A DNA stretch of 64,000 nt from the NCBI GenBank assembly GCA_965235115.1, contig OZ249436.1, positions 25,794,001 to 25,858,000 of the forward strand, written 5' to 3'. This document shows, piece after piece, positions 1 through 12,801 of this stretch. The notes under the pieces were generated by a model that made no database searches, was not told where the DNA came from, and saw only the letters and a program-made list of their open reading frames with translations. Every line of letters begins with the position of its first letter. The stretch's first letter is position 1. Made by a program: the position numbers and the translations under genes. Source of the DNA: Laetmonice hystrix (Eukaryota).

Positions 1-1140
1 GGAAGTCATATATGCCCTTTCAATCGAAGTCAAGTTTGATGACCTAGTGTGACGTATGACGTCATAATTACGTCGTCAATATTTTCTAAGGCCTATGACT
101 CCTAAACGGTGGGAGATAAAGCCATGATTACTATTGAACGCGAATAGGAAGTCGTACATGCTTTTTCAAATGACACCATTATTTATTCATTATTTTGACC
201 TTTGACCTTTGATGTCAGAGGATGGCCAGATAATTGGCCGTGGGCAACGCGCCAATGACGGCCCGCCCGCCAGTGACCATTGTCCATCCTTATATACTGG
301 GACGGGGAAAACCGTGAAGGAGGGGATATATAGGGGCACCAATAGAGAGTCTAGGGAAGAAGGAGGAGAGAAAGGATACTATAGTTGACGATGAGGAACA
401 TATAGACATTGACCGCATGATACATGTATATTAGATGGGTCGAAGAAGACATGTGTGCCTCAGGAATTATTGTTTCAAAACTCAAGAAACGACTCTACTG
501 ACTTATTCTCCCAACTACCAAAAACAAATGTGAACTGAGTATAGCTGTAGGAAAGAAAAATAGTTATAGGAAAGAAAAAATTGATTGCCAGGCGGTAGTC
601 TTGTGCTAGCACCGAAGGATCCCCCGGCGCCGCCCGGCGTGGGCACATCCCTCTATATATCCCCACTCTTTCTTTTTGAAGAATTGACAAGAATTATTGT
701 TAGGCTAACTCAAAATACAGCCACGGGCCCAGGGTTTTCGGCAGAGGGGTCTCGGAAATCGAAATGAAAATGAAAATTGATGTTGATAGATCACCAATAT
801 TATTGAAACAGTTGTAACTCTGAAAGGGGGCCAGATGAGGACTACGTTTGACGGAAGGGCACGGCCTACATAGTATCGTTACTATTGAAGCCATAATAGG
901 AATATGTTCTTTCAAAAGATACCAAAATCTATGATGTAGGGTGACGTGTTACGTGACAATGACGCAATTGATAGATGACCAATAATAATTATTGAGGTCA
1001 TATAGGAAGTAATAATATATGCTCCTTCGACTCACGGGCCTATCGATGACATGGAGGTAGTCTAACATGATAATGGATCTATGATTTTCGTTGCCAGGGG
1101 ATGGGATACAAGATGTTGGCCCTAGCCACATCGGCGCTAG
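1..1140 (+). mobile_element. 3' part of a chimeric Helentron/HINE-type non-autonomous element
   Basis: 146-bp satellite remnant at 1-180; body at ~220-760 resembles 14260-14520 and 31690-31826; 3' end GGGGATGGGAT + hairpin GATGTTGGC..GCCACATC + GGCGCTAG ending at 1140, of the same type as the ends at ~24780 and ~61250. Confidence 0.7.
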
Positions 1141-3476
1141 TTATTTGCGTAGTAGTAGTAGTAGTAAACAATGTTAACAGGGACAATAAGGGTCATAACT
1201 CAGTTGTTTTTCAAGATATCTAAGTCAAACTTGGTGGGTATGTTCACAGTCACCAACTCTGATGTGACAATGAGTCATGACGTCACATGACGTAACGTCA
1301 GGACGTCATGACGCAAAGGTCAGAAAATACTTAAAACCTATCTTCTTCCTCAATTTTCATTAAAATTTTATGAAATTGCATAGGGATGTTCTCTAACGAG
1401 AGCTTCAAAGGAATCCGCTTTGCTACAATTGATTTGACCTATATTTGCTGAGTCACGTGACCTGAAAGATTTGAACAGTGGTCAATATAGATATATATGG
1501 CTATAACTAAGAAACGGTGCCAGATACGGCCATAGTTACTATTGAGCACGAATAGGAAGTCATGCATGCTCTTTCAGTTGACGCCAAGTTTCATGACGTA
1601 GCGTGACGTATGACGTCATAATGACGTCATCAATGTTTTCCAAGACCTATAACTCCTAAATGATGGGAGATACAGCCATGGTTACTATTGAACACGAATA
1701 GAAAGCCATGCATGCTCTTTCAGTTGACGCCAAGTTTCATGACGTAGCGTGACGTATGGCGTTTGCGTAGTAGATGTAGTAGTAGTTGTAAACAATTTGT
1801 TAACATTTGTTAACAGGGGTCATAACTCGGTCATTTTTAAAGATATCTAAGTCATACTTGGTGGGCATGTTGCCAGTCACCAACTCTGATCTGACAATGA
1901 GTCATGACGTAACATGACGTAACGTCATGACGTCATGACGTTATTCGTATCGTGATTATTAGGACGGTTTTCAAAGTCAATATGGATACTTTCCAGGAAC
2001 TGATGACACTGTCAGAATTCGGCAAGGGCCTTATAATGTCTTTGCAAATATTTTGACCTTTGACCTTTGACATGTCTGAAATCTGGGTCAAAGATCATAA
2101 AATGCTTAAATCCCTCCCTCTTCCTTAATTTTCATTAAAATTTTATGAAATTGCACAGGAATGGTGCCTAATGAGAGTTCCAAAGGAATCCGCCTTGCTA
2201 CAATTGATTTGACCTATATTCGCTGAGTCACGTGACCTCAAAATTTTGAACACTGGTCAATTTGGCTATCTATGGCTATAACTCATAAACGGTGCCAGTA
2301 AGGGCCATAGTTACTATTGAACACGAATAGGAAGTCATACATGCTCTTTCAATTGAGGCCAAGTTTGATGACGTAGCGTGACGTATGACGTCATAATCAC
2401 GTCATCAATGTTTTCTAGGGCCTATATCTCCTTAACGGTGGAAAATAGAGCCATGGTTACTATTGAACATGAATAGGATGTCATACATGCTCTTTCAATT
2501 GACACCAACATTTTTTAGGTAGCGTGACGTATGACGTCATAATGACGTCATTGGTATCTTCTATGGCCTATAAGTCAAAAACAGTGCAAGATAGGACCAT
2601 AGTTACTATTGAACACGAATAGGAAGTCATACATGCTCTTTCAATTGAGGCCAAGTTTGATGACGTAGCGTGACGTATGACGTCATAATGACGTCATCAA
2701 TATTTTCAAAGACCTATAACTCCTAAACGGTGGGAGATAAAGCCATGGTTACTATTGAACACGAATAGGAAGTCATACATGCTCTTTAAATTGACATCAA
2801 TTTTTATTAGGTAGTGTGACGTATGACGTCATAATGACGTCATTGGTATATTCTATGGCCTATAACTCAAGAACGGTGCCAGATACGACCATAGTTACTA
2901 TTGAACACAAATAGGAAGTCATATATGCCCTTTTATTTGAAGCCAAATTTGATGACGTAGTGTGACGTATTCACGTCATAATTATGTCATCAATATTTTC
3001 TAAGGCCTATAACTCCTAAACGGTCGGAGATAAAGCCATGATTGCTATTGGACATGAATATGAAGTCATACATGCTCTTTCAATTGACACCAACATTTAT
3101 TAGGTAGCGTGACGTATGACGTCATAATGACGTCATTGGTATCTTCTAGCGCCTATAACTCGAGAACGGTGCAAGATACGACCATAGTTACTATTGAACA
3201 CAAATAGGAAGTCATATATGCCCTTTTATTTCAAGCCAAGTTTGATGACGTAGTGTGACGTATGACGTCATAATTACGTACTCAATATTTTCTAAGGCCT
3301 TTAACTCCTAACTGGTGGGAGATAAAGCCATGGTACTATTAAACACGAATAGGAAGTCATACATGCTCTTCCAATTGACACCAACATTTATAAACGTCAT
3401 AATGACCTTACTACGTTATAGGGACATGCCCCCCAAGGGATGGGATCCATCGTGGTTTTAACCACGACAGGTCTAG
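1141..3476 (+). mobile_element. HINE/DINE-1-like unit A1 (headless, composite: second body start at ~1762)
   Basis: Starts TTATTTGCG(TAG)n directly after CTAG; internal 146-bp tandem repeats; ends GGGATGGGAT-CCA-TCGTGGTTTTAACCACGA (hairpin)-CAGGTCTAG at 3476. Confidence 0.85.
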
Positions 3477-6400
3477 TTTGCGTAGTAGTAGTAGTAAACA
3501 ATTTGTTAACAGGGTCATTTAACAGGGCCATAACTCAGTCATTTTTCAAGATATCTAAGTCAAACTTGGTGGGTATGTTCACAGTCACCAACTCTGATGT
3601 GACAATGAGTCATGACATCACATGACGTAACGTCATGACGTCATGACGTTATTCGTGTTGTGAATATTAGGACGGTTTTCAAGGTCATTATGGATAGTCT
3701 TGAGGAACTCATGACACTGACAAAATTGGGCAAGGACCTAATTCATATTTTGCAAAAATTTTGACGTTTGACCTTTGACATGTCTGAAATCTAGGTCAAA
3801 GGTCAGAAAATACTTAAAACCTATCTTCTTCCTCAATTTTCATTAAAATTTTATGAAATTGCATAGGGATGGTCTCTAACGAGAGCTTCAAAGGAATCCG
3901 CTTCGCTACCATTGATTTGACCTATATTCGCGGAGTCACGTGACTTAAAAGTTTTGAACAGTGGTCAATTTGGCTATCTATTGCTATAACTCATAAACGG
4001 TGCCAGAAATGGCCATAGTTACTATTAAACACGAATAGGAAGTCATGCATGCTCTTTCAGTTGACGCCAAGTTTGATGACGTAGCGTGACGTATGACGTC
4101 ATAATGACGTCATCAGTATTTTCTAGGGTCTATAACTCCTAAACGGTGGGAGATAGAGCCATGGTTACTATTGAACACAAATAGGAAGTCATGGATGCTC
4201 TTTCAATTGAGCCCAAGTTTATTGACGTATCGTGACGTATGACGTCATAATGACGTCATTGGTATCTTCTATGGCCTATAACTCAAGAGCAGTGCAAGAT
4301 AGGACCATAGTTACTATTGAACACGAATAGGAAGTCCTACATGCTCTTTCAATTGAGGCCAAGTTTGATGACGTAGCGTGACGTATGACGTCATAATAAC
4401 GTCATCGATATTTTCTAGGGCCTGTAACTCTTAAACGGTGGGAGATAAAGACATGGTTACTATTGAACATGAATAGGAAGTCATACATGCTCTTTCAATT
4501 GACACCAACGTTTATGAGGTAGCGTGACGTATGACGTTATAATGACGTCATTGGTATGTTCTATGGCCTATAACTCGAAAACAGTGCAAGATAGGACCAT
4601 AGTTCCTATTGAACACGAATAGGAAGTCATACAGGTTTTTTCAATCGAGGCCAAGTTTGATGACGTAGCGTGACGTATGACGTCATAATGACGTCATCAG
4701 TATTTTCTAGGGCCTGTAACTCTTAAACGGTGGGAGATAAAGCCACAGTTACTGTTGAACACGAATAGGAAGTCATGCATGCTCTTTCAACTGAGGCCAA
4801 GTTTAATGACGTAGCATGACGTATGACGTCATAGTGGCGTTATCTATATTTTCTAAGGCCTATAACTCCTAAACGGTGGGGGATATAACCATGGTTACTA
4901 TTGGACATGAATAGGAAGTGATACATGCTCTTTCAATTGAAACCTACATTTATTAGATAGCGTGACGTATGACGTAATAATGAGGCCAGGAGTCATATCT
5001 CGCTCGTTTTTCAAGATTTCTAAGTCAAACTTGGTGGACATGTTGATTGTCACCAACTCTGATTTGACAATGAGTCATGACGTCAAATGACGTAACGTCA
5101 TGACGTACAATGACGTCACCAATAGTTTCTAGGGCCTATAACTCCTAAACGGTGGGAGATAAAGCCATGGTTACTATTGAACATGAATAGGAAGTCATAC
5201 ATGCTCTTTCAAGTGACACCAACATTTATTAGGTAGCGTGACATATGACGTCATAATGACGTCATTGGTGTCTTCCATGGCCTATAACTCGAGAACAGTG
5301 CAAGATAGAACCATAGTTACTATTGAACACGAATAGGAAGTCATACATGCTCTTTCAATTGAGGCCAAGTTTGATGACGTAGCGTGACGTATGACGTCAT
5401 AATGACGTCATCAATATTTTCAAAGACCTATAACTCCTAAACGGTGGGAGATAAAGCCATGGTTATTATTGAACACGAATAGGAAGTCATACATGCTCTT
5501 TAAATTGACATAAATTTTTATTAGGTAGTGTGACGTATGACGTCATAATGACGTCATTGGTATATTCTATGGCCTATAACTCAAGAACGGTGCCAGATAC
5601 GACCATAGTTACTATTGAACACAAATAGGAAGTCATATATGCCCTTTTATTTGAAGCCAAATTTGATGACGTAGTGTGACGTATTCACGTCATAATTATG
5701 TCATCAATATTTTCTAAGGCCTATAACTCCTAAACGGTCGGAGATAAAGCCATGATTACTATTGGACATGAATATGAAGTCATACATGCTCTTTCAATTG
5801 ACACCAACATTTATTAGGTAGCGTGACGTATGACGTCATAATGACGTCATTGGTATCTTCTAGCGCCTATAACTCGAGAACAGTGCAAGATAGGGTCATA
5901 GTTACCATTGAACACGAATAGGAAGTCATGCATGCTCTTTTGATTGACACCAAGTTAAAGGACGTAGCGTGACGTATGACGTCATAATGACGTCATCAAT
6001 ATTTTCTAAGGCCTATAACTCCTAAACGGTGGGAGATAAAGCCATGGTTACTATTGAACACGAATAGGAAGTCATACATGCTCTTTAAATTGACATCAAT
6101 TTTTATTAGGTAGTGTGACGTATGACGTCATAATGACGTCATTGGTATATTCTATGGCCTATAACTCAAGAATGGTGCAAGATAGGACCATAGTTACTAT
6201 TGAACACAAATAGGAAGTCATATATGCCCTTTTATTTCAAGCCAAGTTTGATGACGTAGTGTGACGTATGACGTCATAATTACGTACTCAATATTTTCTA
6301 AGGCCTTTAACTCCTAACTGGTGGGAGATAAAGCCATGGTACTATTAAACACGAATAGGAAGTCATACATGCTCTTCCAATTGACACCAACATTTATAAA

Positions 6401-6482
6401 CGTCATAATGACCTTACTACGTCATAGGGACATGCCCCCCAAGGGATGGGATCCATCGTGGTTTTAACCACGACAGGTCTAG
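3477..6482 (+). mobile_element. HINE unit B1 (headless)
   Basis: Starts TTTGCG(TAG)n after CTAG; 146-bp repeats; same 3' subTIR/hairpin/CTAG as A1, with CTAG at 6479-6482. Confidence 0.85.
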
Positions 6483-8819
6483 TTATTTGCGTAGTAGTAG
6501 TAGTAGTAAACAATGTTAACAGGGACAATAAGGGTCATAACTCAGTTGTTTTTTTAAGATATCTAAGTCAAACTTGGTGGGTATGTTCACAGTCACCAAC
6601 TCTGATGTGACAATGAGTCATGACGTCACATGACGTAACGTCAGGACGTCATGACGCAAAGGTCAGAAAATACTTAAAACCTATCTTCTTCCTCAATTTT
6701 CATTAAAATTTTATGAAATTGCATAGGGATGTTCTCTAACGAGAGCTTCAAAGGAATCCGCTTTGCTACAATTGATTTGATCTATATTTGCTGAGTCACG
6801 TGACCTGAAAGATTTGAACAGTGGTCAATATAGATATATATGGCTATAACTAAGAAACGGTGCCAGATACGGCCATAGTTACTATTGAGCACGAATAGGA
6901 AGTCATGCATGCTCTTTCAGTTGACGCCAAGTTTCATGACGTAGCGTGACGCATGACGTCATAATGACGTCATCAATGTTTTCCAAGACCTATAACTCCT
7001 AAATGGTGGGAGATACAGCCATGGTTACTATTGAACACGAATAGAAAGCCATGCATGCTCTTTCAGTTGACGCCAAGTTTCATGACGTAGCGTGACGTAT
7101 GGCGTTTGCGTAGTAGATGTAGTAGTAGTTGTAAACAATTTGTTAACATTTGTTAACAGGGGTCATAACTCGGTCATTTTTAAAGATATCTAAGTCATAC
7201 TTGGTGGGCATGTTGCCAGTCACCAACTCTGATCTGACAATGAGTCATGACGTAACATGACGTAACGTCATGACGTCATGACGTTATTCGTATCGTGATT
7301 ATTAGGACGGTTTTCAAAGTCAATATGGATACTTTCCAGGAACTGATGACACTGTCAGAATTCGGCAAGGGCCTTATAATGTCTTTGCAAATATTTTGAC
7401 CTTTGACCTTTGACATGTCTGAAATCTGGGTCAAAGATCATAAAATGCTTAAATCCCTCCCTCTTCCTTAATTTTCATTAAAATTTTATGAAATTGCACA
7501 GGAATGGTGCCTAATGAGAGTTCCAAAGGAATCCGCCTTGCTACAATTGATTTGACCTATATTCGCTGAGTCACGTGACCTCAAAATTTTGAACACTGGT
7601 CAATTTGGCTATCTATGGCTATAACTCATAAACGGTGCCAGTAAGGGCCATAGTTACTATTGAACACGAATAGGAAGTCATACATGCTCTTTCAATTGAG
7701 GCCAAGTTTGATGACGTAGCGTGACGTATGACGTCATAATCACGTCATCAATGTTTTCTAGGGCCTATATCTCCTTAACGGTGGAAAATAGAGCCATGGT
7801 TACTATTGAACATGAATAGGATGTCATACATGCTCTTTCAATTGACACCAACATTTTTTAGGTAGCGTGACGTATGACGTCATAATGACGTCATTGGTAT
7901 CTTCTATGGCCTATAAGTCAAAAACAGTGCAAGATAGGACCATAGTTACTATTGAACACGAATAGGAAGTCATACATGCTCTTTCAATTGAGGCCAAGTT
8001 TGATGACGTAGCGTGACGTATGACGTCATAATGACGTCATCAATATTTTCAAAGACCTATAACTCCTAAACGGTGGGAGATAAAGCCATGGTTACTATTG
8101 AACACGAATAGGAAGTCATACATGCTCTTTAAATTGACATCAATTTTTATTAGGTAGTGTGACGTATGACGTCATAATGACGTCATTGGTATATTCTATG
8201 GCCTATAACTCAAGAACGGTGCCAGATACGACCATAGTTACTATTGAACACAAATAGGAAGTCATATATGCCCTTTTATTTGAAGCCAAATTTGATGACG
8301 TAGTGTGACGTATTCACGTCATAATTATGTCATCAATATTTTCTAAGGCCTATAACTCCTAAACGGTCGGAGATAAAGCCATGATTGCTATTGGACATGA
8401 ATATGAAGTCATACATGCTCTTTCAATTGACACCAACATTTATTAGGTAGCGTGACGTATGACGTCATAATGACGTCATTGGTATCTTCTAGCGCCTATA
8501 ACTCGAGAACGGTGCAAGATACGACCATAGTTACTATTGAACACAAATAGGAAGTCATATATGCCCTTTTATTTCAAGCCAAGTTTGATGACGTAGTGTG
8601 ACGTATGACGTCATAATTACGTACTCAATATTTTCTAAGGCCTTTAACTCCTAACTGGTGGGAGATAAAGCCATGGTACTATTAAACACGAATAGGAAGT
8701 CATACATGCTCTTCCAATTGACACCAACATTTATAAACGTCATAATGACCTTACTACGTTATAGGGACATGCCCCCCAAGGGATGGGATCCATCGTGGTT
8801 TTAACCACGACAGGTCTAG
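6483..8819 (+). mobile_element. HINE unit A2, near-identical copy of A1
   Basis: Matches 1141-3476 at offset 5342-5343 with only a few visible substitutions; CTAG at 8816-8819. Confidence 0.88.
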
Positions 8820-11800
8820 TTTGCGTAGTAGTAGTAGTAAACAATTTGTTAACAGGGTCATTTAACAGGGCCATAACTCAGTCATTTTTCAAGATATCTA
8901 AGTCAAACTTGGTGGGTATGTTCACAGTCACCAACTCTGATATGACAATGAGTCATGACATCACATGACGTAACGTCATGACGTCATGACGTTATTCGTG
9001 TTGTGAATATTAGGACGGTTTTCAAGGTCATTATGGATAGTCTTGAGGAACTCATGACACTGACAAAATTGGGCAAGGACCTAATTCATATTTTGCAAAA
9101 ATTTTGACGTTTGACCTTTGACATGTCTGAAATCTAGGTCAAAGGTCAGAAAATACTTAAAACCTATCTTCTTCCTCAATTTTCATTAAAATTTTATGAA
9201 ATTGCATAGGGATGGTCTCTAACGAGAGCTTCAAAGGAATCCGCTTCGCTACCATTGATTTGACCTATATTCGCGGAGTCACGTGACTTAAAAGTTTTGA
9301 ACAGTGGTCAATTTGGCTATCTATTGCTATAACTCATAAACGGTGCCAGAAATGGCCATAGTTACTATTAAACACGAATAGGAAGTCATGCATGCTCTTT
9401 CAGTTGACGCCAAGTTTGATGACGTAGCGTGACGTATGACGTCATAATGACGTCATCAGTATTTTCTAGGGTCTATAACTCCTAAACGGTGGGAGATAGA
9501 GCCATGGTTACTATTGAACACAAATAGGAAGTCATGGATGCTCTTTCAATTGAGCCCAAGTTTATTGACGTATCGTGACGTATGACGTCATAATGACGTC
9601 ATTGGTATCTTCTATGGCCTATAACTCAAGAGCAGTGCAAGATAGGACCATAGTTACTATTGAACACGAATAGGAAGTCCTACATGCTCTTTCAATTGAG
9701 GCCAAGTTTGATGACGTAGCGTGACGTATGACGTCATAATAACGTCATCGATATTTTCTAGGGCCTGTAACTCTTAAACGGTGGGAGATAAAGACATGGT
9801 TACTATTGAACATGAATAGGAAGTCATACATGCTCTTTCAATTGACACCAACGTTTATGAGGTAGCGTGACGTATGACGTTATAATGACGTCATTGGTAT
9901 GTTCTATGGCCTATAACTCGAAAACAGTGCAAGATAGGACCATAGTTCCTATTGAACACGAATAGGAAGTCATACAGGTTTTTTCAATTTAGGCCAAGTT
10001 TGATGACGTAGCGTGACGTATGACGTCATAATGACGTCATCAGTATTTTCTAGGGCCTGTAACTCTTAAACGGTGGGAGATAAAGCCACAGTTACTGTTG
10101 AACACGAATAGGAAGTCATGCATGCTCTTTCAACTGAGGCCAAGTTTAATGACGTAGCATGACGTATGACGTCATAGTGGCGTTATCTATATTTTCTAAG
10201 GCCTATAACTCCTAAACGGTGGGGGATATAACCATGGTTACTATTGGACATGAATAGGAAGTGATACATGCTCTTTCAATTGAAACCTACATTTATTAGA
10301 TAGCGTGACGTATGACGTAATAATGAGGCCAGGAGTCATATCTCGCTCGTTTTTCAAGATTTCTAAGTCAAACTTGGTGGACATGTTGATTGTCACCAAC
10401 TCTGATTTGACAATGAGTCATGACGTCAAATGACGTAACGTCATGACGTACAATGACGTCACCAATAGTTTCTAGGGCCTATAACTCCTAAACGGTGGGA
10501 GATAAAGCCATGGTTACTATTGAACATGAATAGGAAGTCATACATGCTCTTTCAAGTGACACCAACATTTATTAGGTAGCGTGACATATGACGTCATAAT
10601 GACGTCATTGGTGTCTTCCATGGCCTATAACTCGAGAACAGTGCAAGATAGAACCATAGTTACTATTGAAGACGAATAGGAAATCATGCATGCTCTTTCT
10701 ATTGAGGCCAAGCTTGATGACGTAGGATGACGTATGACGTAATGACGTCATCAATATTTTCTAAGGCCTGTAACTCCTAAACGGTGGGAGATAAAGCCAT
10801 GGTTACTATTGAACATGAATAGGAAGTCATACATGGTCTTTCAATTGACACCAACATTTATTAGGTAGCGTGACGTATGACGTCATAATGACGTCATTGG
10901 TATCTCCTATGGCCTATAAGTCGAAAACAGTGCAAGATAGGACCATAGTTACTATTGAACACGAATAGGAAGTCATACATGCTCTTTCAATTGAGGCCAA
11001 GTTTGATGACGTAGCGTGACGTATGACGTCATAAATATTTTCTAGGGCCTTTAACTCCTAAGCAGTGGGAGATAAACCCATGGTTACTATTGGACATGAG
11101 TAGGAAGTCATACATGCTCTTTCAATTGACACCTACATTTATTAGGTAGCGTGACGTATGACGTAATAATGACGTCAGGAGTCATATCTCGGTCGTTTTT
11201 CAAGATATCTAAGTCAAACTTCGTGGACATGTTGATAGTCACCAACTCTGATTTGACAATGAGTCATGACGTCACATGACGTAACGTCATGACGTACAAT
11301 GACGTCATCCATATTTTGTAGGGCCTATAACTCCTAAACGGTCGGAGATAAAGCCATGGTTACTATTGAACATAAATAGGAAGTCATACATGCTCTTTCA
11401 ATTGACACCAACATTTATTAGGTAGCGTGATGTATGACGTCATAATGACGTCATTGGTATATTCTATGGCCTATAAGTCGAAAACAGTGCAAGATAGGAC
11501 CATAGTTACTATTGAACACGAATAGGAAGTCATACATGATCTTTCAATTGAGGCCAAGTTTGATGACGTAGCGTGATGTATTACGTCATAATGACGTCAT
11601 CTATATTTTCTAAGGCCTATAACTCCTAAACGGTGGGAGATAAACCCATGGTTACTATTGGACATGAGTAGGAAGTCATACATGCTCTTTCAATTGACAC
11701 CAACATTTATTAGGTAGCGTGACGTATGATGTCATAATGACGTCATTGGTATCTTCTATGGCCTATAAGTCGAAAACAGTGCAAGATAGGACCATAGTTA

Positions 11801-12801
11801 CTATTGAACACGAATAGGAAGTCATACATGATCTTTCAATTGAGGCCAAGTTTGATGACGTAGCGTGATGTATTACGTCATAATGACGTCATCTATATTT
11901 TCTAAGGCCTATAACTCCTAAACGGTGGGAGATAAACCCATGGTTACTATTGGACATGAGTAGGAAGTCATACATGCTCTTTCAATTGACACCTACATTT
12001 ATTAGGTAGCGTGACGTATGACGTAATAATGACGTCAGGAGTCATATCTCGGTCGTTTTTCAAGATATCTAAGTCAAACTTGGTGGACATGTTGATAGTC
12101 ACCAACTCTGTTTTGACAATGAGTCATGACGTCACATGACGTAACGTCATGACGTACAATGACGTCATCAATATTTTCTAGGGCCTATAATTCCTTAACG
12201 GTTGGAGATAAAGCCATGGTTACTATTGAACATAAATAGGAAGTCATACATGCTCTTTCAATTGACGCCAACATTTATTAGGTAGCGTGACGTATGATGT
12301 CATAATGACGTCATTACTATCTTCTATGGCCTATAAGTCGAAAACAGTGCAAGATAGGACCATAGTTACTATTGAACACGAATAGGAAGTCCTACATGTT
12401 CTTTCAATTGAGGCCAAGTTTGATGACGTAGCGTGACGTATGACGTCATAATGACGTCATCAGTATTTTCTACGGCCTATAACTCTTAAACGGTGGGAGA
12501 TAAAGCCACAGTTACTACTGAGCACGAATAGGAAGTCATGCATGCTCTTTCAACTGAGGCCAAGTTTAATGACGTAGCATGACGTATGACGTCATAGTGG
12601 CGTTATCTATATTTTCTAAGGCCTATAACTCCTAAACGGTGGGAGATAAAGCCATGGTTACTACTGAACATGAATAGGAAATCATACATGCTCTTTCAAT
12701 TGACACCAACATTTATAAACGTCATAATGACCTTACTAAGTCATAGGGACATGCCCCCCAAGGGATTGGATCCATCGTGGTTTTCACCACGACAGGTCTA
12801 G
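8820..12801 (+). mobile_element. HINE unit B2
   Basis: Near-identical to B1 up to ~10670, then a different, longer run of 146-bp monomers; ends hairpin TCGTGG..CCACGA-CAGGTCTAG at 12801. Confidence 0.85.

Larger units (their letters stand above)
1500..12720 (+). repeat. 146-bp satellite blocks (alternating two-monomer ~292-bp higher-order repeat) inside units A1/B1/A2/B2
   Basis: CTATA anchor recurs at 2276, 2422, 2568, 2714 (period 146); monomers alternate between GCAAGATAGGACCATAG/GCCAAGTTTGATG and GGGAGATAAAGCCATGG/CACCAACATTTATTAGG variants; blocks are interrupted by element ends. Confidence 0.9.

Noticed and set aside
1141..12801. Regular repeats as a possible CRISPR array
   Set aside because: Contiguous 146-bp monomers with no unique spacers; eukaryotic context; no cas genes.
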